Source: Octopus sinensis
Lineage: Eukaryota
NCBI RefSeq assembly: GCF_006345805.1
Contig: NC_043020.1
Span: 5,518,001-5,582,000 of the forward strand
Length of the DNA stretch: 64,000 bases
Direction of reading: 5' to 3'
The first letter of the stretch is position 1, and every line of letters starts with the position of its first letter. Both the position numbers and the translations under genes were made by a program. This document shows positions 37,622 through 51,960 of this stretch, in pieces. The notes beneath the pieces are model-generated. The model worked only from the letters and a program-made list of their open reading frames with translations. It was not told the origin of the DNA and did not search any database.

Positions 37622-40329
37622 GATAGATAGACAGACAGGTAGATAGAGAGAGAGAGAGAGAGAGATAGATAGATAGATAGACAGAGAGATAGGTTGGTAG
37701 ATAGATAGATAGATAGATAGACAGAAAGGCAGGCAGAATGAGTGAATGGATGGACACAAAGTTGGATAGATATATTCATAAATATTTTAATACATAAATA
37801 TTTAGAGAGAGAGGAGTTTACAGAGATGGAAGAGGAAGAAGAAGAGGAAAGAATAAACAAATAGTGATAATGGAGAATCTGACCTTATGTGTTGAAGAGG
37901 AGGAGTGAAGAGAAAATCTAATTTTGAGCATTGTGCGTGTGTGTGTGTGTGTGTGCATCAGAGAGAGAGAAGGAGGAGGAGATATAGTGAAGTGTGAAAG
38001 AGAGTTACTGAGGGAGATGGAGAAAGGAAACATCATAAAGAGAGAGAGAGGAATTGAAAGGCAGGTGGGGGGGGGCATAGTTAAGTGAAATATATATATA
38101 TATAGAGAGAGAGAAGGGGATGAGGGAAAGAACAAGGGAGTGGTAGGCAAAGACATAGTGAAGCAAATGTGAGAGAGAGAGAGAGAGACAGAAATATAAT
38201 AGAGAGAAAAACAGAGAAACAGAGATATTGAGAGAAAGAGAAGGAGAAATAAAGATAGAATGAAGGAGAGAGAAAGAGCAAGAGAGATGTAGAGAAAAGA
38301 AAGAGACAAAGGCAAGAGTGAGAGAGAGAGAGAAGCTGGTGAATTCTTTAAGTATGGAGCAATTAAAGAGAGAGAGAGAGAGAAAGAGAAACAGAGTGAG
38401 AGAAAGAGAGAGAGAGAGAGAAAGAAAAAGAGAAAGGGAGAAAGAAAGAAAAAGAGAGTGAGAGAGAAAGAGAAAGGGAGAGAGAGAGAGAAGAATGGTT
38501 TACCAGAACCACACAAAAGAACCGGCAATTCTAAAGTGACACAAAAGAGAATAAGGAAAAATATACAGATTGCATTTCTGGATTCCTGATAACAGAATAT
38601 TATCTCAACTTCTCTCTTTCCCCTTTCTCTCTCTCTGTCTCTCTCTCTCTCTCTCTTTCTGTCTATCTATCAACTCTCTCTCTCTCTATCTCTACCTCTC
38701 ACTCTATCAATTTGTCTATATCTCTATCTATCTATCTATCTATATACACACACACACACACACCACACACATATATATATATATATATATGTTTCTTCTC
38801 TTTGTCTTTTCTCACTTTCTCCTCTCTTTCCTTCCTTCTCTTTCTCTCTATCTCTTGCTCTCTCTCTCTCTCCTTTTCTCTTGCTTTCTCTTTCTTCCTC
38901 TCTCGCTTTTAATCTCATTCTTTCTCTTTCCTCTTTCTCCCTCTCCTTCCCACTCTCCTTCTTCTCTGTCTATTTCCCAGTCTCTCTCACTCCCCTACTC
39001 CTTCCTCCACTCTCACTCATTCTCCTCCCTCCCTCTCCCTCTCTCTCTCTCTCCCATCCTCAACATTCTATTCACCATTGTCTATATCTCAATGCATTCA
39101 TCTTCACATTTTTATTTTCCAGGACATACATTTGCATGTATGTATATATAAGTCTGTGTATATATATATATATAGATGTAAACATTTGTGTGTGAGTGCA
39201 CACACCTCTATACACACACACACACACACACATACATACACACATGCATATATAAATACATGAATAGATAAATATATACACACACACATGCGTACACACA
39301 TGCATACATAAATACATACATATATACACACACACATACACACACATACATATGTACATGCATACATAAATAAATACATACATATATACACAACCACACA
39401 CACACATGTACACACATATACATACATGCATACATAAATGCATAAATACATACATTTACACGCACACACACACACACACACATGGACATACATACTTACA
39501 AGCATAAATACATATATGCATACATACATTCTTGCATAGACACACATGCATACTCACACACACATACACACACATACATATGTACATGCATACATAAATA
39601 AATACATACATATATACACAACCACACACCCATGTACACACATATACATACATGCATACATAAATGCATAAATACATACATTTACACGCACACACACACA
39701 CACACACATGGACATACATACTTACAAGCATAAATACATATATGCATACATACATTCTTGCATAGACACACATGCATACTCACACACATACACATACATA
39801 CATACACACACACATACATAAATACATACATACACACATACATAAATACACACATACATACATATATACATACATACATACACACATACACACATACATA
39901 AATACATACACACACATACATAAATACATACATACACACATACATACATACACACATACATACATATATACATACATACATACACACATACATACATACA
40001 CACATACATACATACACACATACACACATACATAAATACATACACACACATACATAAATACATACATACATACATACATACATACACATACATACATATA
40101 TACATACACACACACACACACATACATGACATATGCATACATACATACTTGCATAGACACATATACGCACACATATACATAAACATACACACACACACAC
40201 ACACACACACTTTTCTCACATGTTTCAATTCTCTTCTTTTTGATCATCTCCCCCCCCTTCCTTCCTTCCACTAATCTCTCTTTCCTACCTCCCCTCAAGA
40301 CCACACACACACACAAACACACACACACA

Positions 40330-40845
40330 TGTACTCACACACACACACATTCTCACACACACACACACTCACATGTACACACACACACACACACACACAC
40401 TCACATGTACACACACATTCTCACACACACACACTCACATGTACACACACACACATTCTCACACACACACACACACACTCACATGTACACACACACACAT
40501 TCTCACACACACACACTCACATGTACACACACCACACATTCTCACACACACACACACTCACATGTACACACACACACATTCTCACACACACACACACTCA
40601 CATGTACACACACACACATTCTCACACACACACACACTCACATGTGCACACACACACATTCTCACACACACACACTCACATGTACACACACACACATTCT
40701 CACACACACACACACTCACATGTACACACACACACATTCTCACACACACACATTCACATGTACACACACACACACATGTACACACACACACACATACACT
40801 CACATGTACACACACACACACACACACATTCTCACACACACACAA
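40330..40845. repeat. Higher-order (CA)n minisatellite, ~36-40 bp unit
   Basis: (CA)n-TTCT-(CA)n-CTCACATGTA repeated more than 10 times. Confidence 0.9.
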
Positions 40846-41874
40846 TACAATACAATAGAATGGATGAGAAAAGGCAAATAATAAATAACAAGAAATAAAA
40901 AAAAACATGACTACCACCACCGCCACCACTACCACCACCACTACCACCACCAACCACCACCACCACCACCACCACCACACTGCCACCATCCCTGTCTCTG
41001 CTATTATCTACAATAGAACCTCTTCCACTGTCACCACCACCACCACTACCACCACCACCACCACCAGTGTCGCCATCACTAGCGCCACTTATAACCACAA
41101 TACAATGACTTCCGCCACCGTCACCGCTACCACCGACACCACCACCACCATCTTCACAACCAACACCATCTTAATAACCACCACCACTATCACCATCATC
41201 GTCATCACCACCAGTACCACCACCACCACAACCATCACCACCACCATCACCACTACCATCTTCACAACCAACACCATCACCACCACCATGCTTACCGCCA
41301 CCACCATCACCACTATCATCATCATCATCATCATCACCACCACCACCACCATCACCACCACTATTGCCATTACTACCACCACTTAAAACAGCATTAATAC
41401 TACCACCACCACCACCACCACCACCACCACTAACACCACTACACATGACCACCACCACCACTACCACCATTCCGCACTCTTCCCAATCCCGTGAGATGCT
41501 AAACAGTTGTTATGACATCATTGTTTTTCTGTATTATTGAGAGCAATGTGGAATATAGTTTATTGACAGGGGTGGTCATGTGGGTGAGGGGTCTGTGTAC
41601 ATGTGTATGTGTGTGTGTATGCATGCATGCGCATATATATATATGTGTGTGTATGTGTGTGTGTGTGTATATATATGTGTGTATACATGTGTGCGTATAT
41701 ATATATATATATAAAAATATATATATATATATGTATGCATGTATATATATATATTGATAGACATGTGTGTGTATATATGTGGATGCATGAGTGTGTATAA
41801 TATACACAAACACACACACACACACACATATATACATACATACATACACACACACATACATGCAGCCAGCCGTC

Positions 41875-41907
<33 letters not shown>

Positions 41908-41916
41908 ATATGTATG

Positions 41917-41973
<57 letters not shown>

Positions 41974-42649
41974 GTATATATATATATGTATGTATATATG
42001 TATGTATGTATGCATGTGTATATATATTGATAGATATGTGTGTGTATATATATGTGCATGCTTGTGTGTGTATAATATACACACACACACATATATATAT
42101 ATATATACATATACATGCATGCAGACAGATGTCACACACAAACACACACACACACACACACATATACTTATATACATGTGTATATAAATAAATACAGAGA
42201 GACACGTGAATACATTCATACATCCATCCATACCTGCCTAACTGCCCCTCCACCATCTCCTCCTCTCCTTTTCTAAGTGGCTATTGCCCTCTCTTCCACC
42301 GCCACCACCACCACCACCACACTGCTTAAAACACTGTGATTTACTTTCCTACCCCCTTGTCCCCCTCCACCTCCACCTCCACCTCCTCCTACTCCTCATT
42401 GTAAGCTTTACTACTTCAACACTTTCTCTTTCACTCTCTCTCACACAACATATATGTATGTATGTATGCATGTATGTATGTATGTATGTATGTATGTATA
42501 TACATATGTATGTGTGTGTGTGTGTGTGTGTATGTATGTTTGTATGCATGTCTATATATATATATGAATGCATGTATTTATGTATATATATATGTATGTA
42601 TGTATGTGTGTGTATGAATGTATGTGTATGAATGTATGTATATGTGTGC

Positions 42650-42695
<46 letters not shown>

Positions 42696-43262
42696 GTGTG
42701 TGTGTATGTATAAATATATATGTGTGTATATATGTATGTATGTGCATATATATATGCATACATATATACATATATATTTATATATATATATATATGTATG
42801 CATGTATGTATATGTATGTGTGTGTATGTATATATAGCTATTTCTTTTTATTGCTACCTTATGCCATTTTCCTCCGTCGCCATCATATCAACTGATTTCA
42901 ATTCAATCAAGTGGTTTCTGTCAAATTTTATGGATGTGGGTTCAAACTGCAGTCACAATCTAAATACAATTGTTCATACTACAATTTGTTATAATTCGAG
43001 AGATTTGAATAACTATCTATCTGTCCATCCATCTATTCATTCATGCCTGCATATGCATACGCACAAATACACACACACACAAGATATAAGTTTTTACCTT
43101 CCCTGGACCATTTGTCTCTCCTCTTTCTGACAAAGAGCCACGGCGCAAAATATTATCCACGTACTGTTTTTACCACTTTTACTCAGCACCAACCTAATAT
43201 ATTCCATGTCTACATCCTTTTGACTTTTGTTATTTTTTGTTACTTTTAATTTTCTATTTGCC

Positions 43263-43300
<38 letters not shown>

Positions 43301-43464
43301 TATGAGTAAGCAAGCAAATGAAAGAAGTGCACTCAACCCATTTATTGGGAGTTACATGAATGGAACAAAACAGTTTGATTCTAATTCTTTGGTACTCTGA
43401 GTTTCAAGCATGATGCTAGTCTTCAACATTGGAATTAATGAATCAAATTGTTTGATATATTTAT

Positions 43465-43504
<40 letters not shown>

Positions 43505-43509
43505 TCAAT

Positions 43510-43712
43510 ATGTGACTGCGTGTGCATCGTTGGCGATTTTTTTCTGTCTTCTCTTCCTTGGACCTTTCCTTTTTCTATGCTTCTGATGAAGAGCTCCACT
43601 CGAAACGTTAAATCCTCCTTCTTTCTTTCCTTTCCTGAGTGTCCAATAACACTATACTTGTTCCATGTCCTTGCATTGTTGTGTTTTCTCTTTGTTCATG
43701 TTTGGAGTAACT
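43510..43712 (+). repeat. Putative PLE terminal-repeat fragment with a second hammerhead-like motif
   Basis: CTGATGA-A-GAGCTCCACTC-GAAACGTT at 43583-43609; stem II GAG/CTC, stem I weak; flanked by (TA)n. Confidence 0.5.
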
Positions 43713-44274
43713 ATATATATATATAATTTTTTTTCCCAAATTTGTGTAAATATATATAGAATTATATATCAGATGAATAAAGTTACAATATGGTCTGGTT
43801 TTCACGTTTTTTATTATGGTATTTTAAAAAAAACAATTTTTTTACAAGGCTGAAGTGTGTTAAACATTAAAAAAAATATTTTGTAATGTTCATAAAGTTC
43901 AATTAATGTTTTCATATGTTTTATAGTAATCATCAGATTTCAAAATGTATTTAACAGACAATTGAGGTTTTGACAACTGTAGTAAAATCACTGACTTCTT
44001 CCTTTTTATACCTCTTGGTTCCAACAAGCTGAGTTTTTGGAATATGGTTTTGACCAATTTGCATGCAGCTTAAACATCACAGTTTGTCGGATGTACTGAT
44101 ATTACTGGCATATACCCTACCTCTGTTTTAACCAATTAGCTTGCGGTTTACATGTAATGGTTTTATGAGTGAGCAAACTTGGTTTCAATCAGTGGGAGTC
44201 TTCTGTAATTTGTTTATATTCGTATGTTAAAGATATTTTCTAATCCACATCATTCACTGGTTGTTATACTATTG

Positions 44275-44525
44275 TTGTTATTTCCATTCAAAACAGGTTT
44301 GAACATTTTAATAAAAATGTTTATCTTTCCTCCAACCTCACTTGTATCTTGTAGCTTGTGGGAAAGAAAAATTAGAAACATTTTCTGATCATATTTTTCA
44401 ATATGTTTGCGCAATGGAATTTGGCAAAAATTAGTGTTCTGGACTTGTTTTCTGTGGACTCATGAGCGTTCCAATAATGCATTCCTTGTTTCACCAATAT
44501 ATAGTCCCTTGCAGCAAGGAACTAT
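44275..44525 (-). mobile_element. Second Penelope-like GIY-YIG endonuclease fragment
   Basis: Minus frame PCCKGLYIGETRNALLERS*VHRKQV...IPLRKHI...FIKMFKPVLN. Confidence 0.75.
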
Positions 44526-44535
44526 ATATATATAG

Positions 44536-44728
44536 TCTGGATAGATTCCTTCAAAGAATACCAGACAAGCCACCCATAATTGGATACAACTCACCCAACA
44601 AGAACTCACTACTTGAACAAAACTTGACTTAAACAGGATTCGAATAATCCTATCAGGTGGTGCTATTAAGTTAGACATGGCCTGGACCAATCTCTGGTCG
44701 AAACATATCTAAGTTTTATCTAAGTTTT
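44536..44728 (+). mobile_element. CR1-group LINE 3' end
   Basis: LDRFLQRIPDKPPIIGYNSPNKNSLLEQ* resembles CR1-group ORF2 C-termini; 3' UTR ends in a (TATCTAAGTTT)2 tail. Confidence 0.6.
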
Positions 44729-45103
44729 TATATATATATATAAATCAGAAGGATGTGTTATAACACTATTCCACATGTACAAAAAACAGCCATACCAACA
44801 ATCCAACATATGTCCATCATCAGCTGCCCCACAGATATCATTATGGTTTCGACACCTGGGCAGTACCATTCAATCCGATGGTGTCAACAGCACTAAAATA
44901 AGTGTTGTTTGGGAACAAACATACCAAAGAAACCACAACTTTCAAACACATTTACCATATGATCAACATTATCTGTAAATAAATTCAATAAGTAAATCAA
45001 TAACCAACTCCTAAATATGTAACTAAACAGCAACCAAACCTTTAAGTCATACATTTTATTCTCTATGGTCTTCCATAGTATAATAAAAGTGAAAGTTTAA
45101 TAA

Positions 45104-45159
<56 letters not shown>

Positions 45160-45188
45160 GGAATAATTACTATGAATCATTGTGCAGA

Positions 45189-45270
45189 ATATATTGAATA
45201 AAAGATCTTTTATACAATATATATATATATATATATATATATTGTATAAAAGATCTTTTATTCAATATAT
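45189..45270. repeat. Palindrome centred on (TA)n
   Basis: ATATATTGAATAAAAGATCTTTTATACAAT-(AT)n-ATTGTATAAAAGATCTTTTATTCAATATAT. Confidence 0.9.
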
Positions 45271-45579
45271 GGCTAATAGGCTAATAGGTTAAATGAGACA
45301 TACCTGTCTTCACGGCCGAAACAGCTGTCAGATATGATGTAATTGTATTTTCTATTTCTATTTCCATGTCTAGTTATATTTGCAATATATTATGTATAAT
45401 GTCATTGCTGTTATGTAATGGTTTAATAAAGTATTGATTGGGTATTATCTGATGGTTGATGATTGATTTAGGTGTATGTTTCTTCATTTTTTCATTTTGT
45501 ATATATATATATATATAATATATATATATATATATAATATATATATATATTATATATATATATATATATATATGATATA

Positions 45580-46518
45580 TATTGGGTCTTCCTATAAATA
45601 ATGCAATTTTTCAATTGTATGAGATAAAAGTCAGATGGGGACAGGATAAACTACCTGCATCAACTTGCTATAAAAACAGGCAGTAATTTTACCTTGTCCT
45701 TATTCTTAGTGCAACTTTTGAAGAGTGCAGTTTAATTTTAACAGTTATTTTTTCAAAGCTATAATGGAAGTAACAAAGGAGCATATTCAGCATATTTTGC
45801 ATTATGAGTTCAATAAAGGCAACAATGCAATGGAAAGTGTGAGGAATATTAATGCAGTATATGGGGATTGGACAATAAGTGTAAGCCAGTGTCAATGGGG
45901 GTTCCAGAAATTCCAAACTGGAAACTACAGCCTAGAAGACAAGCTTCATCCTGGAAGAAACACTGGTACTCCAGGCTAAAGAAGGTGTTGTTATCTGTTT
46001 GGTAGGAAATGAAAGGTTTAGTCCAGTTTGAACTTTTAAACCCAAACCAAACACATAACAAAGCAGATCTACTGTGAGCAGCTTGAGTGGCTTAAGTCAG
46101 CACTAGAAGAAAAATGACCATTTTTGGTTTCAAGATGAAAGGTTTTCTTCCATCAGGATAATGCTCAGCCACATACAGTGAGGATGACATTCCAAAGGCT
46201 GGAGCAGTTTGAATGGGAAACGATGCCCCACCCACTATATTCACTGGACATTGCCTCATTTGATTATCATTTATTCTACAGTCTTCAAAATCATTTGGAC
46301 AGGAAAAATATCAATTCTGTAGATGAAATGAGAAAAGTACTGGAGGAGTATTTTTTCATCAGGGACAAGTGAACTTTGCAAATCTACCAGATAGATGAAA
46401 GAGCATTGTAGAAAATGAAGGAGAGTATATTTTAGATTAAAAAAGAATTTTGTTTAACTCGATTTTGAAAACTAAAAGAAGTATAAGAAAACCACATTAT
46501 TTATGGGATGACCCAATA
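45580..46518 (+). mobile_element. Mariner (D,D34D) transposon, internally deleted and inactivated
   Basis: TIRs TTGGGTCTTCCTATAAATAATG / CATTATTTATGGGATGACCCAA with TA flanks. MEVTKEHIQHILHYEFNKG HTH region; HQDNAQPH...HPLYSLDIASFDYHLF with 34 residues between the Asp residues; stops and deletion. Confidence 0.9.
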
Positions 46519-46522
46519 TATA

Positions 46523-47346
46523 CAGGCTGGGATGGGTAAATTGTCACCATTTTATATTCTTAATTTCATGCATTGTTTGTTTTTGTTTTGTGAGGAAAAC
46601 AGCACCATGACACAGTTCACTCTGCCAGAAATTTGAAACCGACATGCTGTACCACTTGGCATTTGCACCAGAAGCTCCAAAAGAAATATTCCAGAGTGTT
46701 TGGGTGTCAATCCGAGGACATGTACTGAGAGTGATAAAAATCAAACATCCAGTCAACATCATGGTGTTTGGAGTGATCACTAGTGATGGCTACTTTATGC
46801 CTCCATTCATCTTCCCACATGGCCTCAGACTCAACACAGAGGCTTGCATCAAGTGCCTGGAGGAAGTAGTGCTGCCCTGGGTTAAGAGGGTGGCTGCTGG
46901 AAGACCCGATGTTTGGCAATAGGACTCTGCACCATGCCACATAAGCAGGAGAACCCAGTCATGGCTGTCAGACAATTCCTGCATCCACATCACCCCTGAC
47001 ACCTGGCCACCTAACTCCCAGACTATAACCCCCTTGATTATTATGTGTGGAGTGCAGTTAAGCGAAAAACCAACAAAACTCCTTGTAACAACAGAGATGA
47101 ACTGAAGGCAAGGATTATGGCAGCATTCACCAGCTTAAACAAGGAAGCCATCCAGAAGAATTGCAGGAGATTCTGAATTCTTTTGGAGGCCATGGTTGAA
47201 GCCAATGGCAATTTTATTGAATAAATTTACTCTTTGGTATTTCAAGATACTTTTATGTAAATTTGGTAAATATATCTGCTAAAATGAGATGTCAGTGTTA
47301 TTTTCTTTTTTACGTAATTTAGACAACATTTATTCACTGCCCCGTG
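46523..47346 (+). mobile_element. maT-like (DD37D) Tc1/mariner transposon relic
   Basis: TA flanks and degenerate TIRs. KHPVNIMVFGVITSDG...WQ*DSAPCH...WPPNS(P)DYNPLDYYVW gives 37 residues between the Asp residues after repairing a 1-nt deletion. Confidence 0.85.
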
Positions 47347-47374
47347 TAATATATATATATATATATAATATATA

Positions 47375-47558
47375 TATAAAATATTATTAGAGACAAAACC
47401 ACTATTTTGCAAAACAAACAAGGAAAGACTTAATCAATACATAAAATTTTATAAATAGTAGTGGCGGTTTTTTTGACTATTTATTAAAATTTTATGTATT
47501 GATTAAGTCTTTCCTGTTGTTTTGCAAAATAGTGGTTTTGTCTCTAATAATATTTTAT
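47375..47558. repeat. Long inverted repeat (~84-bp arms, 16-nt spacer)
   Basis: 47375-47459 vs 47476-47558; flanked by (TA)n. Confidence 0.9.
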
Positions 47559-48035
47559 AATATTTTACTATAAAATTGGATTAATCCTAAATCTGATTTT
47601 TTTCCCTGTAAATTTGGATTTATTCCCTAATATTATTATTATTATATATATATATATATATATAATATAATATATATATATTATGATATCAACATAAAAG
47701 CACTAGTGATAGTGCATCATAAAAAGTACCCAGTACACTCTGTAAAGTGGTTGGCATTAGGAAGTGAATCCAGCTGTAGAAGCCAAGCCAAAACAAGTTA
47801 TGTAGCCTGGTGCAGCCCCTGGCTTTGCCAGTTCCTGTTAAGCTATCCAACCCACGGATTGGATGGTAAATGGATGTTAAATGATGATAATGATGATGAT
47901 GATGAGTACTGGCAACAGCCATGCTCAAATGGTGTTTTTTACGTGCCACCTGCACAGGAACCAGTCCAGCGGGACTGGCAACGACCTCACTCATATGGTT
48001 TTTCACGTGCCACCAGCACAAGTTCCAGTAAGGCG

Positions 48036-48190
48036 ACACGTCCAGCATTTCTCTCAGGGTGCTTACATTCTGTCGTGTGTGTGCACACTGACATTACACA
48101 TCCAGCAGATCATACTAGCTTCCTTTCTTTCGAGCATACACATGTCTTCATCAGTCTCAGCCCATGTTTCACTGCCATGAAGCATCATCT
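48036..48190 (-). mobile_element. RTE LINE fragment (same family as 57307)
   Basis: Reverse complement aligns by eye to 57860-57970 (ATGCTTCA..CAGTGAAACATGGGC...GCTGGATGTGTA.TGTCAGTGTGCA). Confidence 0.7.
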
Positions 48191-48427
48191 CCGGTAATTA
48201 CTTTATTCAAAAAAATGCATTTGCAGCTCCAGAGATCGCAATTATGTGCAGCAATCAACCCATTGTCTGCAAATGTCTGCAGAGAAACCACATGAGACCC
48301 ATTTTCCAATTTTCCAGTCTTTCACACTTTTACCTTTCCGATTCACGATGAATGATGGTATGGTCCATGTTGAAACCCGTGCTTAGTTCCCGATCTGTAA
48401 CAGTCAGATTTTCTTCAACATTGGCTT

Positions 48428-48597
48428 CCAGGAGTGGCTGTGTGGTAAGTAGCTTGCTAACCAACCACATGGTTCCGGGTTCAGTCCACTGCGTGGCATC
48501 TTGGGCAAGTGTCTTCTGCTATAGCCTCAGCCAACCCAATGCCTTGTGAGTGGATTTGGTATAGACGGAAACTGAAAGAAGCCTGTCGTATATATGT

Positions 48598-48645
<48 letters not shown>

Positions 48646-48850
48646 CAATGTTTGTCTGTGTTTGTCTCTCTAGCATTGCTTGACAACCGATGCTGGTGTG
48701 TTTACGTCCCCGTCACTTAGTGGTTCGGCAAAAGAGACTGATAGAATAAGTACTGGGCTTACAAAGAATAAGTCCCGGGGTCGATTTGCTCGATTAAAGG
48801 CGGTGCTCCAGCATGGCCACAGTCAAATGACTGAAACAAGTAAAAGAGTA
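48428..48850 (+). mobile_element. Family A SINE
   Basis: Matches the family consensus. Confidence 0.9.
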
Positions 48851-49124
48851 AATACATCAGGATCCAAGCTTCTTGGGTGTCCTTCCTTTGATTCATCCTG
48901 CAGGCCGCAGTTCCTATTTCTGAATCATGAAAACCATCTTCTGCATATCCTTTCAGTCATTATACCAGCATTTCTCAACTGGGGTTCCCCAGAACCCTAG
49001 GCTTCTGCAAAAGGTTCCTAGGGGTTCCTCACGAAAGATTGAGATAAGCTAATACTAATTCCATGATCATAATATTACTACACATGCACAACATACTATG
49101 GGTTATTGCAATATTGTAATATAA

Positions 49125-49580
49125 GGCAGTGAGCTGGCAGAATCGTTAGCACACAAGGCAAAATGCTTAGCAGTATTTTCATCTGTTGGTGAGCTGGCAG
49201 AAACATTAGCACGCCGGGTGAAACGCCTAGCGGTATTTCGTCTGCCGTTACATTCTGAGTTCAAATTCTGCCGAGGTCGACTTTGCCTTTCATCCTTTCA
49301 GGGTCAATAAATTAAGTACCAGTTACGCACTGGGGTTGATGTAATCGACTTAATACATTTGTCTGTCCTTGTTTGTCCCCTCTGTGTTTAGCCCCTTGTG
49401 GGTAGTAAAGAAATTGGTATTTTCATCTGTCTTTACACTCTGAGTTCAAATTCCACCAAGGTCGACTTTGCCTTTCATTCTTTCGAGGTCAATAAATGAA
49501 ATACCAGTTGCATACTGGGGTTGATCTAATTGACTGGCCCCCTCCCCCAAAATTTCGGGCCTTGTACTTAGAGTAGAAAA
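49125..49580 (+). mobile_element. Family B SINE, dimeric with doubled head
   Basis: GAGCTGGCAGAA head twice (49132, 49190); central domain twice. Confidence 0.85.
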
Positions 49581-49771
49581 GAATATTGTAATATAGATAT
49601 CATCCTATTTAACCTACGATGTTATCAAAAAAATATAACAACCATGTGACTGTATGGTAAGTAGCTTGCTTACCAACCACATGGTTCTGGGTTCATTCCC
49701 ACTCCGTGGCACCTTGGGCGAGTGTCTTCTACTATAGTTGGAAGACGGAATCTGAAAGAAGTCTGTCGTAC

Positions 49772-49805
<34 letters not shown>

Positions 49806-50172
49806 ATTGACAAAAATGGTAAGACAACAAAAGAATGAAAGAGATCTTGATATTATGTTAATAGAGGAATTTATCTGTAAATATAATTGTCACATATTAT
49901 ATTTACAGTTATATATATATATATAGAGAGAGAGAGAGACGGATAGAATAAGTACTGGGCTTACAAAGAATAAGTCCCGGGGTCGATTTGCTCGACTAAA
50001 GGCGGTGCTCCAGCATGGCCGCAGTCAAATGACTGAAACAAGTAAAAAGAGTAAAAAAGAGATATGATGGCTTCTTTCAGCTTCCGTCTACCAAATCCAC
50101 TCACAAGGCCTTGGTCGGCCCCAGGGCTATAGTAGTGGTGATGGAGGTGGTGGTGGTGGTAGTAGTAGTAGT

Positions 50173-50225
<53 letters not shown>

Positions 50226-51594
50226 AAGTAGTAGTTCTATTTAATCTGGTTATTAAGTATTTTTTATCTCCCTTTAATTCTAATTTCGTCTCCCTTTAAT
50301 TCTAAGGGAGATAAGTTCGAGAAGACAACGAAAATCCTTTTCAGAAATTATTCCCCTTGCATTAGAAAAATTTCGATGTTAAGCCTTAATTATGGGAAAG
50401 GAAAATGTCATTATTTAGGTTTGCTGTTATATTCGGAAGATCTTATTAGATCGAAATCAAACAGCTTTGAATCGGAGGCAGGCCTACTGTTGGTGACATT
50501 CAAAGTGGTGCAGCATTTAAAAAATCAGCAATGGTTCTTCCAAATATACCATTGAATCTTTTTGGTTTCAACGGCTTTTTTTTCTAGCGGTGTCCTATGA
50601 AATTGTCACCCATAATTATGACCCTAGTATCGATCTATTGCATTTCAATCTGTTTTAGGGTTAGGGATAGGGGTGGGGGAAGGGTATCTTTTTTTCGTCA
50701 CAAATGTAAATAAACCCAATCTGTTTCTTAAACGAGGGACATATTCATACGGCACAGAATGTTTTCACCTCAATAGACATCATTGATTGGTTGAAATTGC
50801 AGAAATTGAAGAAAAAAACAACAAATATCTAACAACCTATAGAATTTTCTCAATAAAGCCAAGAGAAAAAGATGTTTTATAAACACATTCTACCAGTTTC
50901 CGTCTACCAAATCCACTCACAAGGCTTTGGTTGGCCCAAGTCTATAGTAGAAGACACTTGCCCAAGGTGCCATGCAGTGGAACTGAACCCGGAAGCATGT
51001 GGTTGGTAAGCAAGCTACCTACCACACAGCCACTCCTGCGCCTATATATATAAACACTAACACTTTTCTCCTTTTGTCCATTTCAGCCACGTGACAGCAC
51101 ATGGCTGTGTGTGTGTGTGTGTGTTTGTTTATCCCCACCACCACCACCACCACTTGACGATAAGTGTTTATTTGTTTGCTTCCCAACCACATGGTTCCAG
51201 GTTCAATTCCATTGGATACCACCTTAGATAAGTGTATTCTACAATAGCCTTTTGTCAACCAAGGCTTGGTGAGTGGATTTGGTAGACGGAAACTGAAAAA
51301 AAGCTAATCGTGTGTGTGTGCGTGTATGTGTATGTGTGTCCATGTATCTGTGTTTGTCTCCCACCACCTCTTGACAACCAGTGTTGGTATGTTTACATCC
51401 TCATAACCCAGCAGTTTCGCAAAGCAGATCAAGAGAATAGCTACCATGCATTCAAAAAATTTTAAAAGTACTAAAATTCAACTAAAATCCTTCAAGGCAT
51501 TGCCCCAGTATGGCCACCAACTAAAGACTAAAACATGTAAAAGATAAAAGACAGATATATTAGAAGGTGAGGAAAAATCATTTCAGCAGCAACA

Positions 51595-51960
51595 GCAGCG
51601 GACTCGCGGTCGGAGGATCGTGGTTTCGATTCCCAGACCAGGCGTTGTGTGTGTTTATTGAGCAAAAACACCTAAAGTTCCACGAGGCTCCGGCAGGGGA
51701 TGATGGCGACCCCTGTTGTACTCTTTCGCTCCAACTTTCTCTCGCTCTTTCTTCCTGTTTCTTGTCCCTGACTTCCTACGCAACCGCTGAGCCTGGTTGC
51801 GCATTCATCCATCCATCGATGCTCTCGGTGTCGCGGGTTGACCTGCTTTCTCTTCTGCGGGTCTTACGAATAGCAAAGGACCACGTTTCGGACTTCTCCC
51901 ATCTTGCGAGCTCTGGGACGAAGACCGTTCGCTCAACAGCAACAGCAGCAACAGCAAGCA
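51595..51960 (+). mobile_element. Family D SINE, tail type 3
   Basis: Same head and body as 1584 but an unrelated 3' half ending in (CAA/CAG)n. Confidence 0.8.
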
